Source: an uncultured Methanoregulaceae archaeon (GTDB lineage Archaea; Halobacteriota; Methanomicrobia; Methanomicrobiales; Methanospirillaceae). From it: a stretch of 64,000 nucleotides of DNA. The stretch covers positions 608,001 through 672,000 of the forward strand of contig OY969564.1 of NCBI GenBank assembly GCA_963701095.1, written 5' to 3'. This document shows positions 54,958-64,000 of the stretch, one piece after another; position 1 is the first letter of the stretch, and the number at the start of each line of letters is the position of its first letter. Below the pieces are notes generated by a model, which was given only the letters and a program-made list of their open reading frames with translations, was not told the origin of the DNA and did no database searches. The position numbers and the translations under genes are program-made.

Positions 54958-56581
54958 TCAGGAAAATCCTGTCGAAAGACCGTCCCGGATATCCTGTTTC
55001 TTTTCTGCATTCAAAACCGTAAGGTAATCCTCGAACTTGTGGATCCGGGTGCTGACCGGGAAGGGGATCGAGAGGGTACTGATAATTGCCTCGCCCCGGT
55101 CCAGGGTCTGGATCTCGACTTCCATCCGGGACAGGTCCTGTTTGGCACTCCCCATCACAATATCCCGGTCGCCCCGGTCGCCAAGGCCCATGATGACAAA
55201 GGTGTTAATCTGGGCGAGCACTTTGGGATCCACGTTTTTTGGCTGTTGCGTGATGACGCAGAGCCCGACCCCGAACTTCCGGCCTTCCATGGCACATTCC
55301 CGGAACACCTGGGTCGATGATCCGCCGCTCGCAAGCACCCGTTGCGCTTCGTCAATGGCTATGAGGATCTGGTGCTGTTCTACCGATTCGTCCTCGATAC
55401 CGAACTCTTCTGCGGTTTTCCGGTGTTCGTGCAGGATACGCCGGGTGATCATGGAGAGGATGAAGAGTTCGCTCCGTTCACTCATCCGGGGGATATCGAT
55501 GAGGACAACCTTGTGATCGTGGAGGGCGTTGATAATTTCCTGGATTGCGGATCCCTTGGAACGGAAGAACCGTTCATTACCGTGCGCAATAATTTTTACT
55601 TTTCTCTGGATAGACTGGAGCGTTGAAGGGTGGAAAGCTTTGAGCCGGTCTGCGATCTCAGGGTAAATCCCCCGGTACGTCCCGTCTTTTACCTGGTCCG
55701 GGAGGCTTTCAATATCTTCTACGGCTAGGAAAAAGGAGATGGTCTTGCTGCCGGAGAACTCTTCCAAGGCTTCGATGGCTTCTGCCTGGGCTGGTGAAAG
55801 TTCATAGAGAAGGCTGAGGTCACCCATCCGGAAATCGTCGTATTCCAGCCAGAGTCTGGTTTGCCCCGTATTTTTTCTGGTTGTTTTTATCGATAGAGAA
55901 AATGGCAAGCCCCTCTTTTCCCGACGAGTAGTGCGGCAGTCCCTTGCGGGTCTCCCCGGAAATGGACTTTCCGCCTCGGACGTATTCACCGTGGGGATCG
56001 ACAATCAAAAGGCCGAACTGCCGGGCTTTCATGGACGAGGCACAGAACACCCGCATGAAATTGCTTTTTCCCATACCGGTCGTTGCAAAGACGCCCATGT
56101 GCTGGGGGAGGACAGCACTGGGGATCTTCACGGGGACACCTTTGAGATCTTCCTGGCCGGTCCGGATAACGCCGACTTCGATATCGCCCATGACTTTTTT
56201 CAGGAAATCAAAGTCTTCAGCCGCCGGGATACTGACCCGGGAGAATTTCACGGGGACCGTCCGGGGTTTCCGGAAGATGCTGGTTTCATCGATAAAGCCG
56301 AGCGGGACTGCTTCGACCCCGATAAAGACATCCTCGCCAAGGTCATAGAACTGTTCGCTGTAGGGTCTGGTATCCCAGTTCTGGTCAGAAAAATTGCTCT
56401 CGTGGAAGAGGTCGGTGACTTTGGCAAAGAAGGTATACTTTTTCTTATCGTCTTCGATCTTGATGATGTCACCCACAAAAAGACCTGCATCATGGGGAAC
56501 GATGAAACGGTACGCGAGAACGCTTTTGCCGATGAGCCGGAATTTCGTTTTATCTGTCGTTTCAATATCGTTCAAAGTCAT
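54958..56581 (-). CDS. herA: HerA DNA translocase/ATPase (one probable sequencing frameshift near 55858)
   Basis: HAS-barrel N-terminus, HMGVFATTGMGKS, VDPHGEY, IDEAQ, EGRKFGVGL..TQQP. Confidence 0.88.
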
Positions 56582-57584
56582 CATGGAGGTCACCAAAGAG
56601 CATATCAAACATTTCCTTGTTCAATCCCCGGACGGAAAATCCTTTCATTAAGTCCTGCCGGACGTGTTCGATTAAGGGATCGTCAATTACCACGGTACGG
56701 TGTGCATCAAGGAGCGGGTACGGGTATCCCGGTATTCTCCCGTCATCGGCACAGGATGCAATGGCACCCATTATTTTTTTAACGGTCTGGTCATCCGTGT
56801 CGCTCGGCAGCTCAAGCCGGAAGGGCACATTTTTGGACGGGTGAAACGAGGCCACGTACAGGTCACCGAGCTTGTCCCGGACGGGACTGTCCGGGATGCG
56901 TTCATCGATCTTTATCCACCAGGGACCGGTCATGCCGAACTTTTTTGCAAGGCCGGCCATTGCCGGAAGGAGAGGATGTACTCCTCCCCACATGGCGTTT
57001 GTCCGTTTTGCAATCGCTGCAATAAGGACACCCCGGTTCTGTGTGGTCTGGATGATTTCCTGCATGACTGGCTCATGGTTGGCGTCCGTGACCCGGAAGG
57101 TGCCGTCTAGGAGGAGCAGCGATCCTTCCGGGAGGGTTCGTGCCTGGTTTAAGGCTACGCCGTATTCCAGCGTGTCCCGGAGAATGGCAGAAACCCGGAG
57201 CACATCCTTGTTTTTCAGGCCTTTTGCAGGAATGATCCCGAAACACTCGTTCATGAGGATGAGATAATCCTCGTTCTCATGCTCAGGGCCGATGGTGACG
57301 ATCCGGAGCGGCGTGATCGCCCGGGAGCGCCGTTCCCCCGCAAAAAAGGTGGTGTGTGCCGCTCGGACGGCAGCAAGAGCAAAACCGCCCGATTCCGCAA
57401 TTGTCACGTTGCTCCCGTCAACGGCAGAGATAACGCCCCGGAATGTTCCGGTAATGGGGTGGATATCGTCTGCGGTCAAGGTACTCTGGGCAGCAAATTT
57501 CTCCACCATGTTGTCTCCCACCTGCCGGTAAATCTGGTCGAGGACGTGGGCAAGGGAATCTTCATACAACGGATCGGTCGGCAT
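56562..57584 (-). CDS. nurA: NurA nuclease
   Basis: AVDGS, LLLDG, IAKR and GYPYPL.DAH motifs. Lies between rad50 and herA. Confidence 0.88.
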   Translation of the reverse strand: MPTDPLYEDSLAHVLDQIYRQVGDNMVEKFAAQSTLTADDIHPITGTFRGVISAVDGSNVTIAESGGFALAAVRAAHTTFFAGERRSRAITPLRIVTIGPEHENEDYLILMNECFGIIPAKGLKNKDVLRVSAILRDTLEYGVALNQARTLPEGSLLLLDGTFRVTDANHEPVMQEIIQTTQNRGVLIAAIAKRTNAMWGGVHPLLPAMAGLAKKFGMTGPWWIKIDERIPDSPVRDKLGDLYVASFHPSKNVPFRLELPSDTDDQTVKKIMGAIASCADDGRIPGYPYPLLDAHRTVVIDDPLIEHVRQDLMKGFSVRGLNKEMFDMLFGDLHDDFERY

Positions 57585-60022
57585 TATTCCACCACCTTGA
57601 CCCGGCTTGCGAGGTCTGCGCCCATCTCGACGACCAGCGTGGTTTCAAACTCGCCCTGCATTTCCGGGATATGGGAGATAAGGATAATCTGCGGGAACCG
57701 GGATTCCTGGGTCCGTAATGCGGTAAGCAGGTTGTTTCTCCGTTCTTCGTCCTGGCTCCCGAATATTTCATCGAAGATGAGGAGCGTGCTTTCATGGACA
57801 TTGTGGAGCTCGGCAAGGTACCGGGAGAGGGCGATTCTCAGTGCTACTGCGATGTCGTCCTGTTCGCCGCCACTGAACCGGTCGATGGCGTAATCGGCGT
57901 CGATGTCCCGGATACTGAGGTTAAAATCATCGTCTAAAAGGACCTGTTCGTACCGGCCACCGGTGATTTCGCTGACAATGCGGCTGACTTCACCTTCGAT
58001 CCGGTTCCGGACGACCTGCATGAGGTAGACAACGTATTCGGCGATGATTGATCTCGTTAGTTTCAACAGTTCGATCTCTTCGGACGCGGCTTTGATGCGG
58101 ACTTCAAGCTCTGCGAGTTTTGCCTGCTCACTTTTAATTGTTGCAATCTTTTCCTCGGCATGCCGGACCTGTTCGGTGGCCCGGGCATGTCCGGTGTCTG
58201 CTTCCCGCTGAGCTTCAGTGACCTGTGCGAGCTGTTCCTCAAGCATGTACTCATGTGCCGGATCGAAGGGGTTTCTGGCGATCAGGGCATCTGTTTCTTT
58301 TTGCGCCGCTTCATTTTCTGCGATCCGTGTTTTTACGGCGGTCAGTTGTGTCTGGATCTCGCCAGCCTGTGCCAGCTGCCGGGCAAGCTCATTGTATCGC
58401 GTTTGTACCTTTTCAAGGTCGGTGACTGCTTTTTCTATTGCCGTGAAAGCCACAATATCGAAATGGCACGCCCTCATTTTTTCGGCGATTTGCTTTTCGG
58501 CTGTTTCCTTTTCGTGCAGCGTTTTCAGGAGATCAGCCAGTTCTTTTTCGATAGCGGGTAACCGTGCCTGAGCTTCAGCATATTTCCGGAGGCCGACAAG
58601 TTTCGGGACAATACTCTCCAGGACTGATTTCTCTTTTTTGAGTTTCTCCCAGGAGGCAAGGACCGTGATCGCTTCGTCTTGGATTACGGCAAGCTGGGAT
58701 GCGAACTCCTGTTCGATTTCGGTGTAATGCTCGCCGAGTTTCTGCCGGCACAGGGGGCATGTGCCATTTTCACCAGCGGCCTGGAGTGTGTCGCGGTCGC
58801 TGATGAGTTTGGCCTGGTCTTTCTCAAGGCGTTTCTGCCGTTCTCCGAAGGTTCCAAGCGAACGGTCGATCTCCTGGTTCTTTGCGGCAACGAGCGTTTC
58901 AAGATTCGCATCCGGGACGGTCCCGACGATCCGGAGCCCGGTCCGGATCTCAGCCCGGAGTTTGTCTGCTTTTTCTGCATCTTTCCGGATTTCTGCGACC
59001 TGTTCCTGGTGTTTGGCAATTCGAATGGAAAGATCGCCACATTGCTGACGGGCAAACTGTTGTTCTGCGGTGAGCCGGTCTACCTGACCTTTGAGATTTC
59101 TCAGGTTCTCGAGCTGCCGCTTTTTCTCCGGGTATGCTGCGACCTGTGCTTCAAGGGAACGGCATTCCTGTTCCCGGGCAGATAATGAGGTGAGACGGTG
59201 CGCCAGATCGTCCTGCTGGTGCCTGAGTCCGGTCATTTCCCGGACCAGCGTATTCTTTGTTTCTGTCCGCCGGGTATGCTCGTCCCTTTGCGCATTGAAT
59301 TCCCGTATCGCTTTATAAACCGTATCTTTTTTTATCGTCAGTGATGCTCGTTCTTTTTCGTACGCCGCAATTTGTGTCCGGGTCGACATTAACTCGGCAT
59401 GGAGCCGGGGGAGGTCTTCCGGATTCTGTCTTCCACGGATACCAATAAGTTCTCCTTCGAGGAGCCGGAGACCGGATTCTGCAGCATCAACCCGTTCTTT
59501 GAGGATCTTCTGGGACTCAGCGCTGAGGTAATCGATGCCGAGTGCCTTGAGGAACCATTCCTTTCTCTTGCCCGGCGTGCTTTCAAGGAGGGTTAAAAGG
59601 TCTTTCTGGCCGGCATAAATGGTATTTTTGAAATCCACCGGGCCCATGCCAAGGGTCCGGCGGACTTCGGCTTCGACGGGACCTACTTCTTTTGCCACGA
59701 GCTTTCCGTTCCGGTAGAACTCTGCATCGTGCTGGACGCTCTTTCCCTTTTTGAATGTCCGGATGACGGTGTAGTGTTCGCCACCGACGGAAAATTCGAG
59801 CTTTACTTCGCACTTGTCTTTTGGTGCAGCAAATGAGGAGACGATGTACTCCGGGGCAATGCCGGTTGCCCGGACGCCATAGAGGGCAAAGAAGATTGCC
59901 TGGACGATGCTGGATTTTCCTGTACCGTTGTTCCCGAGGATGCCGGTGATGCCATCAGTGAATTCAATGGTCTCGTTCCGGAACCGTTTGAAGTTCCGTA
60001 CCGTGAGCCGGTCAATGATCAT
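57584..60022 (-). CDS. rad50: Rad50/SbcC ATPase
   Basis: GNNGTGKSS, Q-loop, zinc hook CPLC, FSGGE and IFDE. Confidence 0.93.
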   Translation of the reverse strand: MIIDRLTVRNFKRFRNETIEFTDGITGILGNNGTGKSSIVQAIFFALYGVRATGIAPEYIVSSFAAPKDKCEVKLEFSVGGEHYTVIRTFKKGKSVQHDAEFYRNGKLVAKEVGPVEAEVRRTLGMGPVDFKNTIYAGQKDLLTLLESTPGKRKEWFLKALGIDYLSAESQKILKERVDAAESGLRLLEGELIGIRGRQNPEDLPRLHAELMSTRTQIAAYEKERASLTIKKDTVYKAIREFNAQRDEHTRRTETKNTLVREMTGLRHQQDDLAHRLTSLSAREQECRSLEAQVAAYPEKKRQLENLRNLKGQVDRLTAEQQFARQQCGDLSIRIAKHQEQVAEIRKDAEKADKLRAEIRTGLRIVGTVPDANLETLVAAKNQEIDRSLGTFGERQKRLEKDQAKLISDRDTLQAAGENGTCPLCRQKLGEHYTEIEQEFASQLAVIQDEAITVLASWEKLKKEKSVLESIVPKLVGLRKYAEAQARLPAIEKELADLLKTLHEKETAEKQIAEKMRACHFDIVAFTAIEKAVTDLEKVQTRYNELARQLAQAGEIQTQLTAVKTRIAENEAAQKETDALIARNPFDPAHEYMLEEQLAQVTEAQREADTGHARATEQVRHAEEKIATIKSEQAKLAELEVRIKAASEEIELLKLTRSIIAEYVVYLMQVVRNRIEGEVSRIVSEITGGRYEQVLLDDDFNLSIRDIDADYAIDRFSGGEQDDIAVALRIALSRYLAELHNVHESTLLIFDEIFGSQDEERRNNLLTALRTQESRFPQIILISHIPEMQGEFETTLVVEMGADLASRVKVVE

Positions 60023-61161
60023 TCCGGCTCCTCCCGGTGCTGTTCCATGACTTCGGCAAGGACGGTTTTACCGGTCCGGGCAACAAACTCCTTCTGCTTT
60101 GTGCTGAGCTGTTGTTTTTCAACAAACGTCCCGAATTCGGCAAGGTAATCTATTGCCCGTACGTCCTGATTGATTGAAACCGGGGACTCTTCTCCGGCGG
60201 CAACGACCCGGATCTTAAGGTCTAATAGTTGTTCCCGGATGGGAGCTAATACACGCATATCGATGCCTTTGTCATGTTCACGGGAGATGCGGTCCAGGGT
60301 TATTTGTACGAGGGAGAACTTTTCCGGACACTTTTTTTCAATTCTCTTGATGATCTCCTCAGTAATTTCTGTTACATGGCGACCGGCGCAGGCGATGGTG
60401 CCACAGTCGTACATGGGTGTATGGGGAAGGTCAAGGTGGTCGACGGTGTGTTTGCCGGGGTTTATCACAAGACCACCTTTGATGTCCCGGATCTCGCCAT
60501 AGGTGAGGTATTCGGTGGAGCCGGAGTACCACGCGTTTTCAGCTATCTGCACCTGGTTGTGGTAGTGGCCAAGGGCAATGTAATCGAAGTCTGCCGAGAG
60601 GATGGTGCTGTCGAGCTCGTGTTCAGCGACGGTCGCAAGGCGCTTGTCCTTTATGGTTGTTGCAAGACCGTGGGTGACCAGCACATTGTTCTTACACTTG
60701 TCGAGTTCGACCTGATCGTATGCTGTCCGGTAGTCTTCAACCCGGAGCATGTTGGGGATCAGGTGGAAGACGGTATCGCCAATTTCGACTTTTTCGTACT
60801 TGAACTGGTATGCCGCGTGAATTTCCGCTGGGTAGTAGGTGAGGAGGACAAGCGGCGATGTGGTGTACCTGGTCTTGACCATGCTGTGGTTGCCGGTGAC
60901 GACCACAAGTGCGATACCTGCATCCTTAAGCCGGGTAAGTGCATCAAGGACAGTTTTGAATGCCCGGGTCTTTGGCTTGACGGTATCGAAAAGGTCGCCG
61001 GCGTGCACGAGTACATCCGGTTTTTCGCAGATGATCTGATCTATCGCAGTAAGGAAGTTATCGTAGATCTGCTTCTCGCGAAGGTTCATTCCTGACTCAG
61101 GATCGAGTCGGGAAAATGCGGAAAGGCCGAGATGGGTATCTGCGATATGGACGAGCTTCAT
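60019..61161 (-). CDS. mre11: Mre11/SbcD nuclease
   Basis: IADTHLG, AGDLFD, GNHS, THG, ALGHYH and YSGS. Confidence 0.93.
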   Translation of the reverse strand: MKLVHIADTHLGLSAFSRLDPESGMNLREKQIYDNFLTAIDQIICEKPDVLVHAGDLFDTVKPKTRAFKTVLDALTRLKDAGIALVVVTGNHSMVKTRYTTSPLVLLTYYPAEIHAAYQFKYEKVEIGDTVFHLIPNMLRVEDYRTAYDQVELDKCKNNVLVTHGLATTIKDKRLATVAEHELDSTILSADFDYIALGHYHNQVQIAENAWYSGSTEYLTYGEIRDIKGGLVINPGKHTVDHLDLPHTPMYDCGTIACAGRHVTEITEEIIKRIEKKCPEKFSLVQITLDRISREHDKGIDMRVLAPIREQLLDLKIRVVAAGEESPVSINQDVRAIDYLAEFGTFVEKQQLSTKQKEFVARTGKTVLAEVMEQHREEPE

Positions 61162-61273
61162 TTTCTTAAGGAGTTAGATGGGGTGTACTGGGATATAAGG
61201 GGAAGGGGAGGACGGTGAAAATGGAATAAACAACCGAAGATTAAACCGGCTCAAATTTTCTTCTCCCTACTTG

Positions 61274-61361
61274 TGTACGGTTATAACCCAACATAAATAC
61301 GAGTTTGTGAGGGGTTATATCCTTACACTTTTGAAGGAATATCAAGGGGTATAACCTGACA
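61274..61361. promoter_or_regulatory. Three 20-bp quasi-palindromic sites, consensus TGT-NN-GGTTATAACC-NN-ACA, at a 34-bp period
   Basis: Cores GGTTATAACC (61279), GGTTATATCC (61313) and GGGTATAACC (61347), each followed by NN-ACA. Confidence 0.6.
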
Positions 61362-61365
61362 TTAT

Positions 61366-61446
61366 CGACCGCTCTTTGATGATCCAATCAATCCCGGCAA
61401 GGGAGTTATCGTAGATCTGCTTCTCGCGTAAGGCTCATCCGCCTCA
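61366..61446 (-). pseudogene. Degenerate fragment of the mre11 5' region
   Basis: AGTTATCGTAGATCTGCTTCTCGCG (25 bp) is identical at 61056-61080 and 61404-61428, and the flanks align. Translates REKQIYDNSLAGIDWIIKER versus REKQIYDNFLTAIDQIICEK. Confidence 0.75.
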
Positions 61447-61734
61447 AAAAGAGCGTGAGATTTAACCCCGCTGCCACTATCGAGGACAACGGAGGGATTG
61501 AGGAGGATATTTTATTTCGAAATCTGTTATTAGGATTTTTTTGGCTGGTATGAAAAAATGCCATCAAAGAGGGAACGTATCTTCGTTTTTCATAATCATT
61601 CAAACAATAATATTAAATTCAATAAAAAAAGAATTCAAAATGACGTAAATGAAACATACTTTTGATAGTTATTCGTGTTTTGAGAGGTGGAATAATACCA
61701 AAGCAAATTATGTCGCTCACTGGAGGGATATCTA

Positions 61735-62199
61735 ATGAGTCTTTCTGATGAGGATGAAAACGAACTGCGTCAAATAGATGCTGATACTGAGGAATATCAG
61801 GACCATATAAGGGAATCGGAACACGGTCGTATTAGACGACTAAAACCGATAAATCCCATCTACATCGTATTTTTCGTTATCTTTTTTATTGTTGCCTTTG
61901 CCTATAGCTTTGGCATGTTCGATCCATTATTAACTTCTCATCTGACAGAAAAAGTAATTGGGAAAGAGCGGATTTCGGGATTCAAGGGGAGTTCAGTATA
62001 TGTGATTTACACCCTTGATCAGCAAATATTTGAAGTAAATGATAATTTTTTTGTCGGGGCGACGAATGCACAGAACATCTATAATGAAATTCAAGCCGAA
62101 CATACGTATAATATGACCGTAATCGGTTGGGATATTCCGATACTCCATGTGGCTGGTGGGGGATACCCCAATGTTATCCAGGTTCAGGAAGTCAATTAA
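61735..62199 (+). CDS. Membrane-anchored protein, DUF1523-like
   Basis: Single TM, then KVIGKER...YVIYT...FEVND...IY..I....TY..TVIGW.IP...YPNVI. GGAGG RBS. Confidence 0.55.
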   Translation: MSLSDEDENELRQIDADTEEYQDHIRESEHGRIRRLKPINPIYIVFFVIFFIVAFAYSFGMFDPLLTSHLTEKVIGKERISGFKGSSVYVIYTLDQQIFEVNDNFFVGATNAQNIYNEIQAEHTYNMTVIGWDIPILHVAGGGYPNVIQVQEVN

Positions 62200-62433
62200 T
62201 AAAAGAATTTTTTTATTCCTTCCCACCGATTGTGAAAAAATTGAAAAAGCGGACTGATCAATTTATTCGGCAAAATCTCAAGGAAAATGGAGAGAATGCA
62301 AAAAAGGGAGCGAAATTTGTGGATTTCTGGGCCTTTGGTGATTATTTATTAGTCCCACAGATGCACCCAAACTAACTAAAATTTAATATATACAAAACCT
62401 TGAATAATAAATAGAATCGAGTGAGGAATAAAC

Positions 62434-62712
62434 ATGGTATTCGACTTGGATATCGTTAATCTCCTTAATTTAGTGCTTTGTATTGTTATCATAATTCTGG
62501 GAGTAATTGTCTTCACGCGAAAGGACGAACTGGGCGCATTGATTATCAGTCTTGCTTTCTTTCTTTTTGGCATTTCCCATCTTTATACTCTGTTGGGGCT
62601 GGGATCAACCTGGGAAGCCGCTACGATCTCTGCCCGGACTGTAGGCTATATGTTGATAATCTTTGCGTTATACTTATTCTTAAATCATGGAATCGATAAA
62701 GGAGAGGAATAA
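62434..62712 (+). CDS. Small 3-TM membrane protein
   Basis: Hydrophobic ORF (NLVLCIVIIILG; AFFLFGISHL; RTVGY). GTGAGG RBS. Confidence 0.65.
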   Translation: MVFDLDIVNLLNLVLCIVIIILGVIVFTRKDELGALIISLAFFLFGISHLYTLLGLGSTWEAATISARTVGYMLIIFALYLFLNHGIDKGEE

Positions 62713-63037
62713 ACAGGAGCTCTCTGTTGGCCTCGATTATATGGTGAGGGTCCGGCATTACGGTAAAACCTCAATACTGTCCATTTTCTTTTGCCACATC
62801 AGGTTGTCTGGAGTGCAGCATTGCCATTATCGTTGCCTCATCGAGATTGCCATAAGTTCCAGTTTCCGATGGATTGTTGCCGGGCTATCGCCCATTGCCC
62901 GGATAAGAAAGCAACTTCATCGAATACAGCAGCGAATTTCTGAAAATAGGACATTGAATATATTGGTGTTTTACGGGATTATAGCCGAGTATGAATTCGG
63001 CAAAATCGCGGGGAAAATGGAAGAATTGGAAAAAAGG

Positions 63038-64000
63038 TTAATGTTCTATGGTTCTCCTGATGAAGAGAACCGTTCCCAATAATCCGATGATCACGATAAC
63101 TGGAATCACTGGCGAGGGAAATTCTGGGATAACCGATGTATAGGAGAATTCGTCAGTAGGCGAAGTTGCAGATGTGCCGTACGGTGTCGTTACCGTAACG
63201 TCTACAACACCGGCAGTTTGGGCCGGGCTCACCGCGGTGATTGATGTATCCCCGTTAAAAGTGAAGGATGTTGCCGGTCTCGTGCCGAACGTTACGGCCG
63301 TTGCCCCGGTAAAGCCGGTGCCGTTGATGGATACTGATGTTCCACCGGCTGTAGGGCCGGAGATCGGTGAAATCGAGGTGACGGTCGGAATTATTAAACT
63401 AGAAGATACGGAAGCTAATTGCCAAATTGCTTGGTTGGGACCCGGTCCATCATTAGGATATCCTTCATACTGTCCCAGTATCAAGTAGAGAGGAGCTGTT
63501 CCTGCATTGACATTATCGAGTGTACCGAGTATATTGTTCCCGTGAGACAGCGTGATGTTCGCCTTCCCGTTTTTATCGACAGTAATTGTGAATGAATAGA
63601 AGATGTTATTTTGGGGATGGGCGTCTAAACAAGTGTCCTGATCATGATATTGAGAATTTCCAGCCCAAATACCCGTGTAACCGCTATTCGGATCAGTGTC
63701 TCCGAAGATTAGTACTTTATTCTGAAGGTCACGACTTACGAGAAATATTGTAAATGGGTTACCCGTTGCGACATTCCCTTCAACCGTTGTCTGAACAGTA
63801 AAAGGAGGAGTGAAATTGTTGTTGGATTGCATACCCGTCATCTGATATAGTCCATTAACACCTCCCATTGTCATACCCGTTTTGCTGAAACTCAATTGAA
63901 GACTAACGAAATTTTCTCCCAAGGATGAAGCTGTATTTTGAAGTACCGGCCCATTCATGGTCCAAAGTTGAGTGTTCAAACTAGTATCATTTGAAAAAAT
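63038..64000 (-). CDS. Surface protein with lectin-like beta domain, IPT/TIG domain and PEF-CTERM (5' partial)
   Basis: Frame open to the window end. ISP.SGPTAGGTSVSI.GTGF IPT motif and IPEF+TM+RR tail. Confidence 0.8.
   Translation of the reverse strand: MFSNDTSLNTQLWTMNGPVLQNTASSLGENFVSLQLSFSKTGMTMGGVNGLYQMTGMQSNNNFTPPFTVQTTVEGNVATGNPFTIFLVSRDLQNKVLIFGDTDPNSGYTGIWAGNSQYHDQDTCLDAHPQNNIFYSFTITVDKNGKANITLSHGNNILGTLDNVNAGTAPLYLILGQYEGYPNDGPGPNQAIWQLASVSSSLIIPTVTSISPISGPTAGGTSVSINGTGFTGATAVTFGTRPATSFTFNGDTSITAVSPAQTAGVVDVTVTTPYGTSATSPTDEFSYTSVIPEFPSPVIPVIVIIGLLGTVLFIRRTIEH

Noticed and set aside
54958..61161. HerA/nuclease anti-phage defence system
   Set aside because: The mre11-rad50-nurA-herA set is the standard archaeal DSB-repair operon.
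61274..61361. Mini CRISPR array
   Set aside because: The repeats are only about 20 bp and degenerate, the spacers are 14 bp, and there are no cas genes. Kept as an operator-like array.
62687..63082. 131-aa ORF
   Set aside because: It overlaps both neighbours, has no motif and an atypical composition. At most a gene remnant.

Overview
Chromosomal segment of a hydrogenotrophic methanogen, most likely Methanomicrobiales (Methanoregula-like). This is inferred from TBP, TFS, Pth2, archaeosortase A, PEF-CTERM proteins, MfnD/MfnF, F420-dependent FdhB and HTH-PAS proteins. Gene content in order: a coiled-coil repeat protein; modABC; a kdp operon (kdpC fused in frame to kdpA, kdpB, and a kdpD lacking the kinase domain); an apparent katG-ahbDABC operon; pth2-truD; artA; tfs; divergent ADP- and AMP-forming acetyl-CoA synthetases; tbp; rpiA/surE; mfnD-mfnF; a degenerate FdhA-like subunit lacking most molybdopterin-binding motifs, followed by intact fdhB; a fluoride riboswitch with crcB-crcB-DUF190; a COG1361/MacB-type ABC/Yip1 module; mre11-rad50-nurA-herA; and two PEF-CTERM surface proteins. 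About a dozen single-base frameshifts in otherwise intact genes point to long-read consensus errors rather than pseudogenes. The most interesting items are the apparently Moco-less FdhA/FdhB pair (an Elp-like F420H2 electron-input module), a heme pathway linked to katG in a lineage without cytochromes, the rearranged Kdp system, and three 20-bp palindromes at an exact 34-bp period next to a divergent mre11 fragment upstream of the DSB-repair operon. No tRNA, rRNA, CRISPR array or intact mobile element was seen. All family calls are from motif recognition by eye, not from database searches.
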